Position numbers and translations under genes: made by a program | Assembly (NCBI RefSeq): GCF_001194135.2 | Contig: NC_068987.1 | Coordinates: forward strand, 1,151,518-1,215,517 | Reading direction: 5' to 3' | Length of the DNA: 64,000 nt | Source of the DNA: Octopus bimaculoides | Taxonomy: Eukaryota | The notes under the pieces: generated by a model | Told to the model about the DNA's origin: nothing | Databases searched by the model: none | What the model saw: only the letters and a program-made list of their open reading frames with translations | Shown: one piece after another, positions 1 through 12,720 of the stretch | Layout of the letters: every line of letters begins with the position of its first letter | Numbering within the stretch: position 1 is the first letter of the stretch

Positions 1-42
<42 letters not shown>

Positions 43-250
43 TGTTTGTGTATATATACATATATATATATATATGTGTGTGGGTGTCTATGTGTATATA
101 TGTAGGTATGTATGTGTATACATATGCATACACTATATGTATATATGTTTATATCTCTTATTCAACGTGTTTCTTTGTGTGCATGTATGTGTGTACATGT
201 GTGTGTGCATGTGTATGGGTGTGCATGTGTGTGCGTGTGTGTGTTACAAC
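1..250. repeat. (TA)n and degenerate (TG)/(TATG) microsatellite tract
   Basis: Direct: (TA)19 at 1-38 followed by TG-rich low-complexity sequence. Confidence 0.95.
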
Positions 251-954
251 TAGGCTCCTGACGTAATTGACTAATCCATAACTGAAGCTTAGCATCGAGT
301 TTAAAGCCACAACAATCACAATCACAACCGTTGTGTGCAAACTGTTTAATCAACATGGCGAAACTTAATGCAAAAAAGAAATAACAAAACCAAAAAAAAT
401 AAAAAATAAAAAGCAAAAAACAAACGCAGGAAAAATACAACAAGAAAATTAGAAAACGAAAGAAACAGAAAGATAAATGAAACAATAAGTGTGTGTGTGT
501 GTATGTGTGCTGTGATGATGGAAACAATAATAATGTTTTGCTAACTCGAATGAACACGGAAACAAATGAAGACTGGTAAAAACTAAACAAGAAATATACA
601 AAGACACACAAATATATATATATATATATATANNNNNNNNNNNNNNNNNNNNNNNNNNNNNNNNNNNNNNNNNNNNNNNNNNNNNNNNNNNNNNNNNNNN
701 NNNNNNNNNNNNNNNNNNNNNNNNNNNNNNNNNNNNNNNNNNNNNNNNNNNNNNNNNNNNNNNNNNNNNNNNNNNNNNNNNNNNNNNNNNNNNNNNNNNN
801 NNNNNNNNNNNNNNNNNNNNNNNNNNNNNNNNNNNNNNNNNNNNNNNNNNNNNNNNNNNNNNNNNNNNNNNNNNNNNNNNNNNNNNNNNNNNNNNNNNNN
901 NNNNNNNNNNNNNNNNNNNNNNNNNNNNNNNNNNNNNNNNNNNNNNNNNNNNNN

Positions 955-989
<35 letters not shown>

Positions 990-1009
990 ATATCAATGTG
1001 ATGTAAATG

Positions 1010-1156
1010 ATAGCAATAATAATAATAATGATAATAAGAACAACAATATGACAAATAATAATGGAAATAATAATAGTAATAATTATAGGAACAGCACTAA
1101 TAACAGCAGCAGCAGCAACAACAACAACAACAACAACAACAGCAGCAACAACAACA

Positions 1157-1206
<50 letters not shown>

Positions 1207-1210
1207 TATA
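1010..1210. repeat. Compound (AAT)n/(AAC)n/(AGC)n trinucleotide microsatellite
   Basis: Direct reading. It produces the poly-N/poly-I ORFs in the track. Confidence 0.95.
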
Positions 1211-1504
1211 GTAGAAGCTAACACGAAAAAGTGAAATTACGAGGAAAAACACTGAAGTAAAAAGAAAATAGAAACACTAAAAATATGTGAAGAAAAGGGG
1301 GATAGAAGAGATAGATGGATACAAATATAAAGAGAGAGAGAGAGGGAGAGAGAGGAAGATAGAGAGAACGGGAAAAGACAATTGTATGTAGAATATAGTG
1401 ATATGGGGAAGACAAAGAGAGGGAGAAGGAAAGAGAGAGAGAACGAACGTGAGTGAGAAAAGAGAGAGGATGAAGAAGAGAGTAAGAAGGATAGAGAATG
1501 AAAG

Positions 1505-1557
<53 letters not shown>

Positions 1558-1661
1558 TGAGCAAGTGTGATAGGAAAAAATGAAAATTAAAAATGAAGGA
1601 AGCTGAGAGAAAACACATTGTTAGTGGGTGAAAACGAAAGTGAAACTTGAATGTGATCGCA

Positions 1662-1696
<35 letters not shown>

Positions 1697-2559
1697 AATC
1701 ATCATTAGTAGTAGTAGTAGAATGAGGGTGTATGGCGTTAAGTTTGTGAGTGGTCGAGTCAATCAAGTTTGGAAAGTATTTTTGTTAAGTACACCTTAAA
1801 GCTGTCATCAAATTTGCTAGTAACCTACATAAAAGATTTGACAAATAATGCATGCTATTTTCTGTTAACACCTGGGAAGAAAAAAGAACAAAAACAAAAT
1901 GAAACTCTAGTCACTTCGAGACACCGTTTATTGTATCATGCAGATTATTAATAGTGTAGAAACAGGTGCATACATACAGAGAAACGAGACATACACATCT
2001 ACATGGACACGATCACACATAATAAACACATGAATACACGCACATACATATATGTATANNNNNNNNNNNNNNNNNNNNNNNNNNNNNNNNNNNNNNNNNN
2101 NNNNNNNNNNNNNNNNNNNNNNNNNNNNNNNNNNNNNNNNNNNNNNNNNNNNNNNNNNNNNNNNNNNNNNNNNNNNNNNNNNNNNNNNNNNNNNNNNNNN
2201 NNNNNNNNNNNNNNNNNNNNNNNNNNNNNNNNNNNNNNNNNNNNNNNNNNNNNNNNNNNNNNNNNNNNNNNNNNNNNNNNNNNNNNNNNNNNNNNNNNNN
2301 NNNNNNNNNNNNNNNNNNNNNNNNNNNNNNNNNNNNNNNNNNNNNNNNNNNNNNNNNNNNNNNNNNNNNNNNNNNNNNNNNNNNNNNNNNNNNNNNNNNN
2401 NNNNNNNNNNNNNNNNNNNNNNNNNNNNNNNNNNNNNNNNNNNNNNNNNNNNNNNNNNNNNNNNNNNNNNNNNNNNNNNNNNNNNNNNNNNNNNNNNNNN
2501 NNNNNNNNNNNNNNNNNNNNNNTATATATATGTATATACGTACATATATATATATATAT

Positions 2560-2755
2560 AGTTGAAATTTATAGCAAACCAAAAGACGAAGACAGGTGTA
2601 GGAACAACGAACAAGTATATTGTATATTAGTTTGAGGCTCGGGAAAAATGAAGAAATATTTTACGTTTCGAGCCTACGATCTTAAACAGAAAGGAATAAG
2701 AGAAAATAAAGAGAGTATGAAAAACACCTGTAGATTTCAGCGGACCAGCATAGCG
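2560..2755 (-). mobile_element. Short non-autonomous Penelope-like (pLTR-type) repeat with a decayed hammerhead-like motif
   Basis: Clearly homologous to 42892-43075 (gttgaaattta...ttttacgtttcgagcctacgatctt...gaataagagaaaataaagagag). Both copies abut (TA)n. The minus strand reads ttt-CTGTTTA-a-gatcgtaggctc-GAAACG...CCTC-aaa. The Penelope assignment is inferred from this architecture. Confidence 0.55.
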
Positions 2756-2999
2756 AATGTGTTTTTGTTATGTACACTTTAAAGCTGTCACTGAATTGCT
2801 AGTAACTTACATAAAGGACATGACAAATATCTGTGTGTTTGTTTGTGCATGTGTATAGAAAGATAGATGTGTCAAAATAGTTTTTATTCAGACTCCTTGG
2901 TAGTCTCATAAAAATGTGTGGGTGTTTACATATAATAATGAAATGTTAAAAAAAAATGTATACAGTGGAAAGGAAGAGATATGTGCATAGCATACGGAG

Positions 3000-4258
3000 G
3001 TTAAAATAAAAAGGGTAGGGGTAGGGTAATAGAGATGTGACCCTCCTGATACAGAAACGCCTCCAGGGATAATCGAGGGACTTCACTGTCCGAGATTTCC
3101 CTGAAATCGTATGAGGAAGTGCCCTCTCCGATTCCTTCTCTCCGACTCGCAGATCTACACTTCGAGAGTTACATCCACTTTTGCCATTTTCGCAACTTTC
3201 ACCCTCCTCTAAATAAACTCACTCGAGGACAGCACTTCCCTCTCCACTGTCAATTTCCTTTTTAATAGTCAATGAGAGTTCTACCAAAGAGGAAGGTATC
3301 TGTCCTCATGCCTTTCAGCCTTGTCTCCTAAGCAACCTTTTCGCCATAGTCATCAGGCAAAGGAAAACTCTCTTGTCTGCCCCATTGAAGTGGGGGCGGT
3401 GGCAAAATCATCGCCACAGACTCGGTTGACAGACGGATCCGTCACCACACGTGACAGCAACTGTTCAACATAACCCCACAAGTCAGCAATGCCCGGACAC
3501 TGAACGAGGGGGTGCAGAACGGTTTCGTCACTCTACGCGCACCAGGGACAAGTCTGTCTGACAGCGCCTCCGTGCCTTTAGAGCTTGTCTCTAATCGGTA
3601 GCGCCCCACCGGTAGCACTGACAGACCAATGACATCTGGAAATCATCATTGATAGTTCCCAACCGGAAAGTCCTCCGGAAAAGACTAACCAGTTCGTTCT
3701 CGTCGGCGCTCAGATTCTCCCCGAATACGTCGTCGCACTTCCCCACCTCTAATCCTCTATAAATTTCTAAAGCGGAACATCCACTGGTAGAGGGTTGTGA
3801 GCGCCTGACTACATTCCAGGTGCCAGGTGCCCAATCTCTGTCTCTTCTTCACCCAAGACTACAGCTCCGTCAAGGAGACGAACTGCAGAAAGACAAGCCT
3901 CACAAACGGGGCTCACACACGCTCACTGTTCAGAAATCGTTGCAGGTGACGTAATGTATGCGCGTATCTGCGCATTAGGAGCCACGGCATACCTAATCCG
4001 CCACTCAGAGGATACTGGCAACAGACTGACGGCCTGACCATTGGAACGCCCCCCCCCTCCACAAGAATTTAAATAAGAGACGCTCCAACCTGATCAAGCA
4101 GTAACCGGACCAAGGTGATAAATGATAATGGATGTGATGTAAGTATTCGCCACCTCTGCTCGACCTTTCAGGGACAGCTTTCTTTCAGCCCATTTCTGGG
4201 TAAGACTGGCCACCCTGTTCGCCACTTCGTCCCAGTTCTTATCAATCTGGAGGTCACC
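3000..4258 (-). mobile_element. Decayed 3' part of an L1/Tx1-clade LINE ORF2 (post-RT region, CCHC zinc knuckle, 3' UTR)
   Basis: Minus-strand translation gives GDLQIDKNWDEVANRVASLTQKWAERKLSLKGRAEVANTYI, RLERLLFKFLWRGG and CPWCA*SDETVLHPLVQCPGIADLWGYVEQLL. Stops and frameshifts are present, and the segment is GC-richer than its flanks. Confidence 0.85.
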
Positions 4259-4369
4259 ATTTTCACTTGTTAGTGAAGAAAGGTATCACCCAAACAGAGG
4301 GCTTCGTATTTTTAATGTTGTCCTTCTGTGTTAAATCGCTTCCATTCCGGGAATCCGACCGGGTTTGTC

Positions 4370-4470
4370 TTCTAAGTTCAAGGTCGATTTAGCTTTCATC
4401 ACTTGAGGTTAGAAACATAAGTTACCAGCTGAGCACTGGAGTCGATGTCAACGACATATCGACTCTTGTG
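4370..4470 (+). mobile_element. Fragment of tRNA-derived SINE (family B, as at 36351)
   Basis: aagttcaaggtcgatttagctttcatc...gagcactggagtcgatg aligns by eye with the 36351-36560 copy. Confidence 0.55.
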
Positions 4471-5152
4471 AAAATGGCTGGCCTTGTGTCAAAATTAGAA
4501 AGAATTATTGTTGTTATTATTATTTATCATAAATATTGTTGCTATCTGACGTTTTGTCAATATTATTCTTGCTACAGTTCCATAGCCACGTGATCTTTAC
4601 CAACGTTAGTCATCCTCCACCAAATACTTCCATCCCTTCTCCGACCTGCTATTTTAAACAATGTCAAGTAAGTGGATACAGTCATGCGCAAACAGTGCTG
4701 CAAACACTTGAGATAACATTCCCAAATGAACACGTGCATAGAGGGCAGAGTAAGTGTTACATTAATGGAGAAAGATGTGCAGATAGAGTTGATTAATGTG
4801 TGCAGAGAGTGTTTTGCAGCTGGTACCAATGTCGATCTCCACCTACTTCCCTCCACCAATCTCCCTCACCCCACTTCCTCTCTTTCTTTACGTGTGTATA
4901 TATATATATATATTTATATATACACTTCTCCCCCTCTCTCTCATATATACAAATATATGTATGTATAAAAAATAATATATATATATGTGTGAGTGTGTAT
5001 GTGTTTGTCTATATGTACTTTTATGAATATGTGAATATATAGGTACAAACATATGTATGTGTCTATATCTATTATATATGTATGCATATACATACACAAA
5101 CACACGTATATGTATATATGTATGTACATGCATATATAACACGTGTATATAT

Positions 5153-5200
<48 letters not shown>

Positions 5201-5439
5201 NNNNNNNNNNGTGTGTGTGAGAGAGAGAGATTAAGTATGTGCGCTTGTGTGACTGTGTGTGTATGTGTACGTGTGTGTGTGCGTGTGTGCATGTGTGTGT
5301 ACGTGTGCATGTGTGTGCTTTGCTAAGAGATTGTTGAAAGACTACTTTTACCTTCCCCCCATCCGCTTGCTTCACCTCCGCCTCTTGTCATCGTCATCGT
5401 CATTCCCAACGTCACCATCATCGTCGTTGTCGTAGTCAT

Positions 5440-5452
5440 TATTATTATTATT

Positions 5453-5524
<72 letters not shown>

Positions 5525-5525
5525 G
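5440..5525. repeat. (ATT)n-(CAT)n-(ATT)n compound microsatellite
   Basis: Direct reading. Confidence 0.95.
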
Positions 5526-5911
5526 ATACAACCACCGATGGAAATAGTGTCGTTAGATTTTTGAAAGATTTTCAATATTCTTTTAATACGTTTTTCTTGC
5601 ATTGGTTTTTCGTTGTTATTTTTGTTGTTTTTCTTTCTGTGGTTTAGATTATTTTGTTTTATTGACTTCTTTTTTTAATAAATCACTCAATTACGTCTGT
5701 CTGAAAATTCTTTGATAATTTAATATAAATAACAACCAAAATATCACCTTTTGATGTAACCAAATTTCAAAACGGATTCTTACACAAAATGTCTGCTAGG
5801 GTGAGCCACCGTTTCAAAAACACTATACAACCATATACATATACACTCATACACTATACAACCATATACAGTGGCGTCTTCTGTATTTCGTAGCTTCAAG
5901 ATGTTTTATAC

Positions 5912-6238
5912 TAGCGGCTCTCAACCAATTTTTACCTGCGGACCTCTTTGATTACAGTTTTGCTCTGGTGAACAACCAAAAGTATTCGGTGTTCAAAAAC
6001 TAGTTTTCAAAATTTCTATTTTGCCTTTCAGCCAATCACTTGCATCGTTTTGCAATTGCTTTCTCCAAGAGAAAATGTTTTAATGACCTGAAAAAATGAT
6101 GAACTATGTAAAATGCTAGAGATAGAAACCTAAATGAAGCAAAATTTATTTTCATGGATCCTCACTGAAGATCCTATATTTTCTGTTTTGCTTCGCTTGG
6201 ATCTCAGGGGCCACATTGACCCCGAATGAGGACCACTG
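5912..6238. mobile_element. hAT-type MITE (327 bp) with 8-bp TSD
   Basis: Termini tagcggctctcaacc ... gaatgaggaccactg resemble CAGTGGTTCTCAACC-type TIRs. Flanks ttttatac (5904-5911) and ctttatac (6239-6246) match at 7 of 8 bases. Confidence 0.7.
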
Positions 6239-6364
6239 CTTTATACGGGTTTAATTACTTCACCGTCTCATTTTAGTAACCGCGGAAAAGCCAAACCATG
6301 ACACATCTGAAAAAAAGGTCATTAGTGAAATGACCTCTTTTTTTTTCGCTTTTATCTTTGATGT

Positions 6365-6573
6365 TTTATCTTTTATTTATTTCACTCATTACACTGCGGC
6401 CATACTGGGGCACCAACCTGAAAAATTTTCGTCTAACGAATCGACCCCAGTACTTATATTTTAGACCTGGTCTAAAATATGAATGCTGCGATCGATGCGT
6501 GTTTACGGGATCGTAAATACAGTAACCAACAATTGTCACGTGGTAGTAGGGATCAAACACAGTCACGCACACG

Positions 6574-6611
<38 letters not shown>

Positions 6612-6848
6612 GATACACGCATACTCACACACACACATGCGCACCCCCACATGCGCACACCCACGCACGTACGCGCACAAATATAAATACATGCGATGGG
6701 CTTCTTTCAATTTCTCGTTATAAAATCCACTCACATGATATTGGTCGGCCCACGGCTATAGTTGAAGGCAAGGTGCCATGCAGCGGGACTGAACCTGAAA
6801 CCATGTGACCGGGAAACAAAACTGTTCTCCTTACTGCAACGCCTACGA
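6365..6848 (-). mobile_element. Full-length tRNA-derived SINE (family A: head/core - internal (TG)n - LINE-like tail)
   Basis: Reverse complement matches the 51133-51525 copy: ggttcagtccc B-box-like head, accttgcc/ggccgaccaa core, and tail ggccgcagtgtaatgagtgaaataaataaaagataa. Confidence 0.8.
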
Positions 6849-6989
6849 CTATGTTTGAAGGATAACACAATGTAGAAATTAACGAAGAATTGTAATAATT
6901 TTAAATATGTGATTTTATTGATTAGATTGCGACCATGCTGGGGCAAAACGGTGAAGAATCTCAATGATTATATCAAAACCTGTACTTAC

Positions 6990-7139
6990 CTTATTTTGTC
7001 GATCACGATATACCTACTGCTAAGTTGCGGAACATTGGGCGCCTTAGGCATCTTCTAGTATTGTAGTCCCAGACCGGCTAATGCCTTGTGAATGTATTTG
7101 ATTGATGGAAACAGTGTCGAAGCCTGTCGTATATGCGTG

Positions 7140-7189
<50 letters not shown>

Positions 7190-7385
7190 GTGTCTGTGTT
7201 TGTTTCTTCAGCGCCTGACAGCCGATGTTTGTTTACAACCCAGTAATCAAGCGCTTCGACAGAGAAACCGATCGAAGAAGCACCAGGCTTATAAAGAAAG
7301 CTGAGTCCATCTCATTGACAAAACCCTTCGTGGCGATCCTACGGCATGGCCAGAGTCCAATGACTAAAACAAGTAAGAGAATAGA
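6990..7385 (+). mobile_element. Degenerate family A SINE with internal (TG)n
   Basis: Core ...gccttgtgaatgtatttgattgatggaaac...gaagcctgtcgtata, then (TG)n, then tail gcatggccagagtccaatgactaaaacaagtaagagaatag. Confidence 0.7.
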
Positions 7386-7390
7386 TATAT

Positions 7391-7457
<67 letters not shown>

Positions 7458-7693
7458 NNNNNNNNNNNNNNNNNNNNNNNNNNNNNNNNNNNNNNNNNNN
7501 NNNNNNNNNNNNNNNNNNNNNNNNNNNNNNNNNNNNNNNNNNNNNNNNNNNNNNNNNNNNNNNNNNNNNNNNNNNNNNNNNNNNNNNNNNNNNNNNNNNN
7601 NNNNNNNNNNNNNNNNNNNNNNNNNNNNNNNNNNNNNNNNNNNNNNNNNNNNNNNNNNNNNNNNNNNNNNNNNNNNNNNNNNNNNNNNNNNNN

Positions 7694-7726
<33 letters not shown>

Positions 7727-8301
7727 CGCACACACACAAATACACACATTCACATAAATTTATATATAAACCGCCTGATTAACTCGTGATCTCGTATTGT
7801 GCAATTCCAGCCATAGCAAAAGGAGTTAAGAGAAAGCTTGGCTGAATTCACCACTTGAAATAAAAGAAACAGAAGTATCTGTGCAGCAGATCACTTTGAC
7901 ATCGAATTCACGTAAAAATAAAAACAAAAGTGAAAACCTCTTTTGTTTTTTCAAACAGTTCATAGGATGGGCTGAAGCCGTGAATATTTCAGGATCTACA
8001 AGAATGATTGTATGGAGATCTAGAAATGTATCTGTCAACTGGAAATATGGCTTGTATGTTTACTACAAAAGAGATCCTACCTAAATACATACAAAATGTT
8101 AAGCATGTTCACACCAAGAATGGACTGTCCAAGGCCTACCAAATTGTTTCTATTTTCCATTTTGGCCTCAGAAATTTTTTGGTTAAATGTTATACAAATA
8201 ATGTTAAATGTCTATCTCTAAATAGAAGACAATTTCAATTCATTGAGAATATTTTCCGTATCACATTCAGTACGGTATTACCGATATGAAATTAATTTAA
8301 A

Positions 8302-8338
<37 letters not shown>

Positions 8339-9922
8339 AGGTAAGCGTGTGTGCGTGCGCGTTTCTAACGGCGATGTTTGTCTTTCCCTCTCTCTTTTCT
8401 CTAAGCGAAATGCTTAGCGGNNNNNNNNNNTGACTCCCCTCCCCCCAAATTTCTGGCATTGTGCCTAGAGTAGAAAAGATTTCATAGAAGAAAGGATGGG
8501 CATGGTTGGAATGTCTTTGATAAAAATCATTCTGGATCAGAAATGACCTGGGACTAAAAAAAACCACGACAAGAGCATCAGCTACGATACAGCTATGTGT
8601 GGCTACAGTGCATACTAGAAACAGCAGCTAACTCTTTTTGTAATTACGCATTACCGTATTGAGAACGGAAAATCGCATAATATATCTTTAGATATAAAAT
8701 TTCTGCTGCAAGAACGAAAGGAGGTTTATGGTAGGAACGGTTTAAACTTTAGTGGAATCAATCAGGAATGACAATGGAGTCAATAAAAAGGACAAAAAGA
8801 AAAGCAGCAACAACAATCTATCTGGCCATTTTCGAAAGCAGCAAACCTAATGAAATAAATGTTGTCGCTGTTTAATTCCAGATCAGTCATCACTGAACAG
8901 ACCCAACATTTGGCCAGCCTCTATTTCTATAGCCATATGGAACTATATCAATGAAAACGTTCTTTCATTATTTATTCCCCTTTCTCTCCTTCCCCCTGTG
9001 GCCACTAGTCTGCCATGACTATCACCGGTGACTCTTGTGGCACAGATTTAATATACCATTCATTCTGTATTCTACGAGTCATCGGTGACACATATGCCAT
9101 AAATCAATATGGCAGTTTATAGAGTGAACTAGAACGGGTATATGTGTTTAAAATTCTTAAAGTGCATAATTTACGACAAAATTAGATCGCCGGTGCAAGA
9201 GAACATGGGGTAAAATGGACTTTGGTAGGTAAACTGTTAGAACGGAAGGGAGTTTTTTCAGGAAATATGACTGCTATTTTAATATGTCGAGAAACTACAT
9301 TGTGGACATTTGCTGCCCCAGGCTTCCTAGTGGACACTTAGAATATACGTTCTTCTAAAGGTAAGAGGAATGAGTTGAGGTCAGGCTATTGATTAATACT
9401 CTGTTAAAAGCAACTCTAAGAGGACCCTACATTTTATTCTATGACTCCCCCACCCCACCCAACTCATTACAGTGGTCGGTTTATTTAATGAATTGTTTTG
9501 ATTGGTTATCCGTTTACTAGAAAAGTACACAGCTTCACTGACGTCACAAACTTGTGATTTATCGTCGTTGCGCTCTCAGTGAATATTAAATACATTGTTT
9601 CGGTTAGAATTTATTACAAAACAAATAAAGAAACAGAACAGATGTATGAAGAAATATAAATAGACAACTAAATATATAACTAAATAAATAATAATATATA
9701 TATAGATAAATGAATAAATAAGAGAAAAACAACCAAAAACAATCAGTTAAATGTTTCGAGATCAAATAGACATCGTTCTGAACCAAATTTAAAATCCTTT
9801 TGCTGCAAAACATTTTACAATAAAATCAAACAAAATATTAGAGATCAACGAAATTAAAAACAACAGCAATAACAACAACAACATCAACAACGGCAATAAT
9901 AACATCATAAACAACAACGAGA

Positions 9923-9957
<35 letters not shown>

Positions 9958-11193
9958 GACAACAACAACACTAGCAATAACATGAGCAATGTCAGCAATG
10001 ACAGAAACTAAGATAATTTCCTTGAATTACCAATTCTTGATCCATAAAGATCAAAGCAAAACAAAATGAGTTCTATTATTCTACAGTGTTTTTCTGTTCC
10101 GCCATTTTTTATAGCTTCACTCCTCCGCCCCTGTCACTTCATCCTTCCTCGTTGTTCGGAATTTTTAATTTTGTATTGTAGTTGAGCTCCGTTCATCGTT
10201 TCTTTTGATCCTGTTGCAATGTATTTGCTATCTGCCAGTCTCATTAAAGTGCAGGTAGATTGTAATTTCAGAGAATGAGGTGGTTTCCGGCTGAACGCAG
10301 CAAATGTATATACAAGGAGACTAACAGACAGACACGCAGATAGGCAGATAGTTAGAGAGATAGATAGCTAGATACATACATACATAAATACGGAAGTAGG
10401 TGGAATAAAGGCAGATGTAGAGGCAAATAGGTTGAATTGATGGATAAATGTTGAAACATAGATATGCAGTAAAAAAATAAACGGGCGTTGTGTGTGTGTG
10501 GGGGGGGATATACTTGTGTCCGCGTTCGTGCGTGTGAGTGTGTATGTGTTTGTGTGCGTGCGCACGCGTATGTGTGTGCGCCTGAATTATAGGTGGATAG
10601 GGAAAAGAGAGTAGATAGAAAGACAGATGAATAAATAGGTAGGAAGGTAGATAGATAGATAAATAGATAGAGAGTGAGAGAGAGAGAGAGAGTGATAGGA
10701 GAGAGCGAGATAGATAGATAGCAAGGTAGATGAGGAGGTGGATGGGTAGGTAGATAAAAGGTGTATGACTGGCTAGAATGAATTTGGCGGATAGATAGCT
10801 AGATAGTTAGGTGAATGTAGAGATAGATAGATAGATAGATGGACAGAAAGATGGATGGATAGATAGATAGGTGTTTTTGGAAGAATCAATTGAAGACGGA
10901 GAACTAAATCTATAAACTACAGCCCCTTCCTGTTCTTTGACAAACTCTAAGAGAATACTTAATTCTTCTGACGATATTTCTTATGGATATAAAGTTTACA
11001 TCCTTTCTGGTAGCAATCTTTATTCCAATTGCTGGCGTTTATTTCTAATGATTTATCTACCCATACATACCTACAGAAGCACATCTCGGCTCACTCGTGC
11101 ACACACACGTATATACACGTTATATAAATATATATACTCAGGCACATACACGCCTAAATAATGCTATACATATGCGGACATCGATAAACATAC

Positions 11194-11257
<64 letters not shown>

Positions 11258-12689
11258 TTATATATATATATATACACATGCAAACACTAGCCATAGTCAC
11301 ATACAACTATTGTATGCATAGTAACACCTACACACGTGCATACAGATATGTGGGTGTATGTATATCTTGTGTATTCACATACATANNNNNNNNNNNNNNN
11401 NNNNNNNNNNNNNNNNNNNNNNNNNNNNNNNNNNNNNNNNNNNNNNNNNNNNNNNNNNNNNNNNNNNNNNNNNNNNNNNNNNNNNNNNNNNNNNNNNNNN
11501 NNNNNNNNNNNNNNNNNNNNNNNNNNNNNNNNNNNNNNNNNNNNNNNNNNNNNNNNNNNNNNNNNNNNNNNNNNNNNNNNNNNNNNNNNNNNNNNNNNNN
11601 NNNNNNNNNNNNNNNNNNNNNNNNNNNNNNNNNNNNNNNNNNNNNNNNNNNNNNNNNNNNNNNNNNNNNNNNNNNNNNNNNNNNNNNNNNNNNNNNNNNN
11701 NNNNNNNNNNNNNNNNNNNNNNNNNNNNNNNNNNNNNNNNNNNNNNNNNNNNNNNNNNNNNNNNNNNNNNNNNNNNNNNNNNNNNNNNNNNNNNNNNNNN
11801 NNNNNNNNNNNNNNNNNNNNNNNNNNNNNNNNNNNNNNNNNNNNNNNNNNNNNNNNNNNNNNNNNNNNNNNNNNNNNNNNNNNNNNNNNNNNNNNNNNNN
11901 NNNNNNNNNNNNNNNNNNNNNNNNNNNNNNNNNNNNNNNNNNNNNNNNNNNNNNNNNNNNNNNNNNNNNNNNNNNNNNNNNNNNNNNNNNNNNNNNNNNN
12001 NNNNNNNNNNNNNNNNNNNNNNNNNNNNNNNNNNNNNNNNNNNNNNNNNNNNNNNNNNNNNNNNNNNNNNNNNNNNNNNNNNNNNNNNNNNNNNNNNNNN
12101 NNNNNNNNTATTATTCTTACGCTCAACGTCAACCTTACCACACCACCACCACCACCACCACCACCATTATATCGACGACTATAACACACCGCCAACACCA
12201 GTGACACCATCAGATTTCTCCTCCTCTTCCACGGCATCATCATCATCATCATCATCATCATCGTCATCATCATCATCATCATGATCAGGATTGCTATCAT
12301 CATCATCATCATCATCATCAAGTTAGCAGCAACACAACCACCACCACCAACGTCACCGCCAGCAGATGCAGCAGATGCAACTTAACATTGCGGAATATGC
12401 GCACGTGTGTGCGCGAGTCCCAGGTTGTATGTGCATATAATTGTGTATGTGTGTGTGTGTGCGTGTGTGAGAGAAAGAGAGAGAGGGAGAGAGAAAGAAA
12501 GCCAGCTATTCCCTATATTCTGGGCATTATTTCGTTCCTACCAAATTTCATTCATTCCTTCATTCCTTTCATCCTTCCATTCTTCATCTCCAACTTTTTC
12601 TGAGATTTTACTTTATTTCTTCCTTTTTTACAATTCCTTCTCTTCTTTTAGCAACAGACAACCTCACTCCCTCACTCCCTTTCTTTATT

Positions 12690-12720
<31 letters not shown>

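Noticed and set aside
4577-4668. AG...GTAAGT-bounded segment open in one frame
   Set aside because: The peptide is unrecognised, and such site pairs are expected by chance in 64 kb.
7955-8290. Possible exon after ttttcaaacAG (FIGWAEAVNISGSTRMIVWRSRNVSVNWKY...)
   Set aside because: It ends in a stop with no donor, and the peptide is not recognised; it may be an old transposon remnant.
9539-9546. Perfect CRE palindrome TGACGTCA near an inverted CCAAT
   Set aside because: A single 8-mer with no other support.
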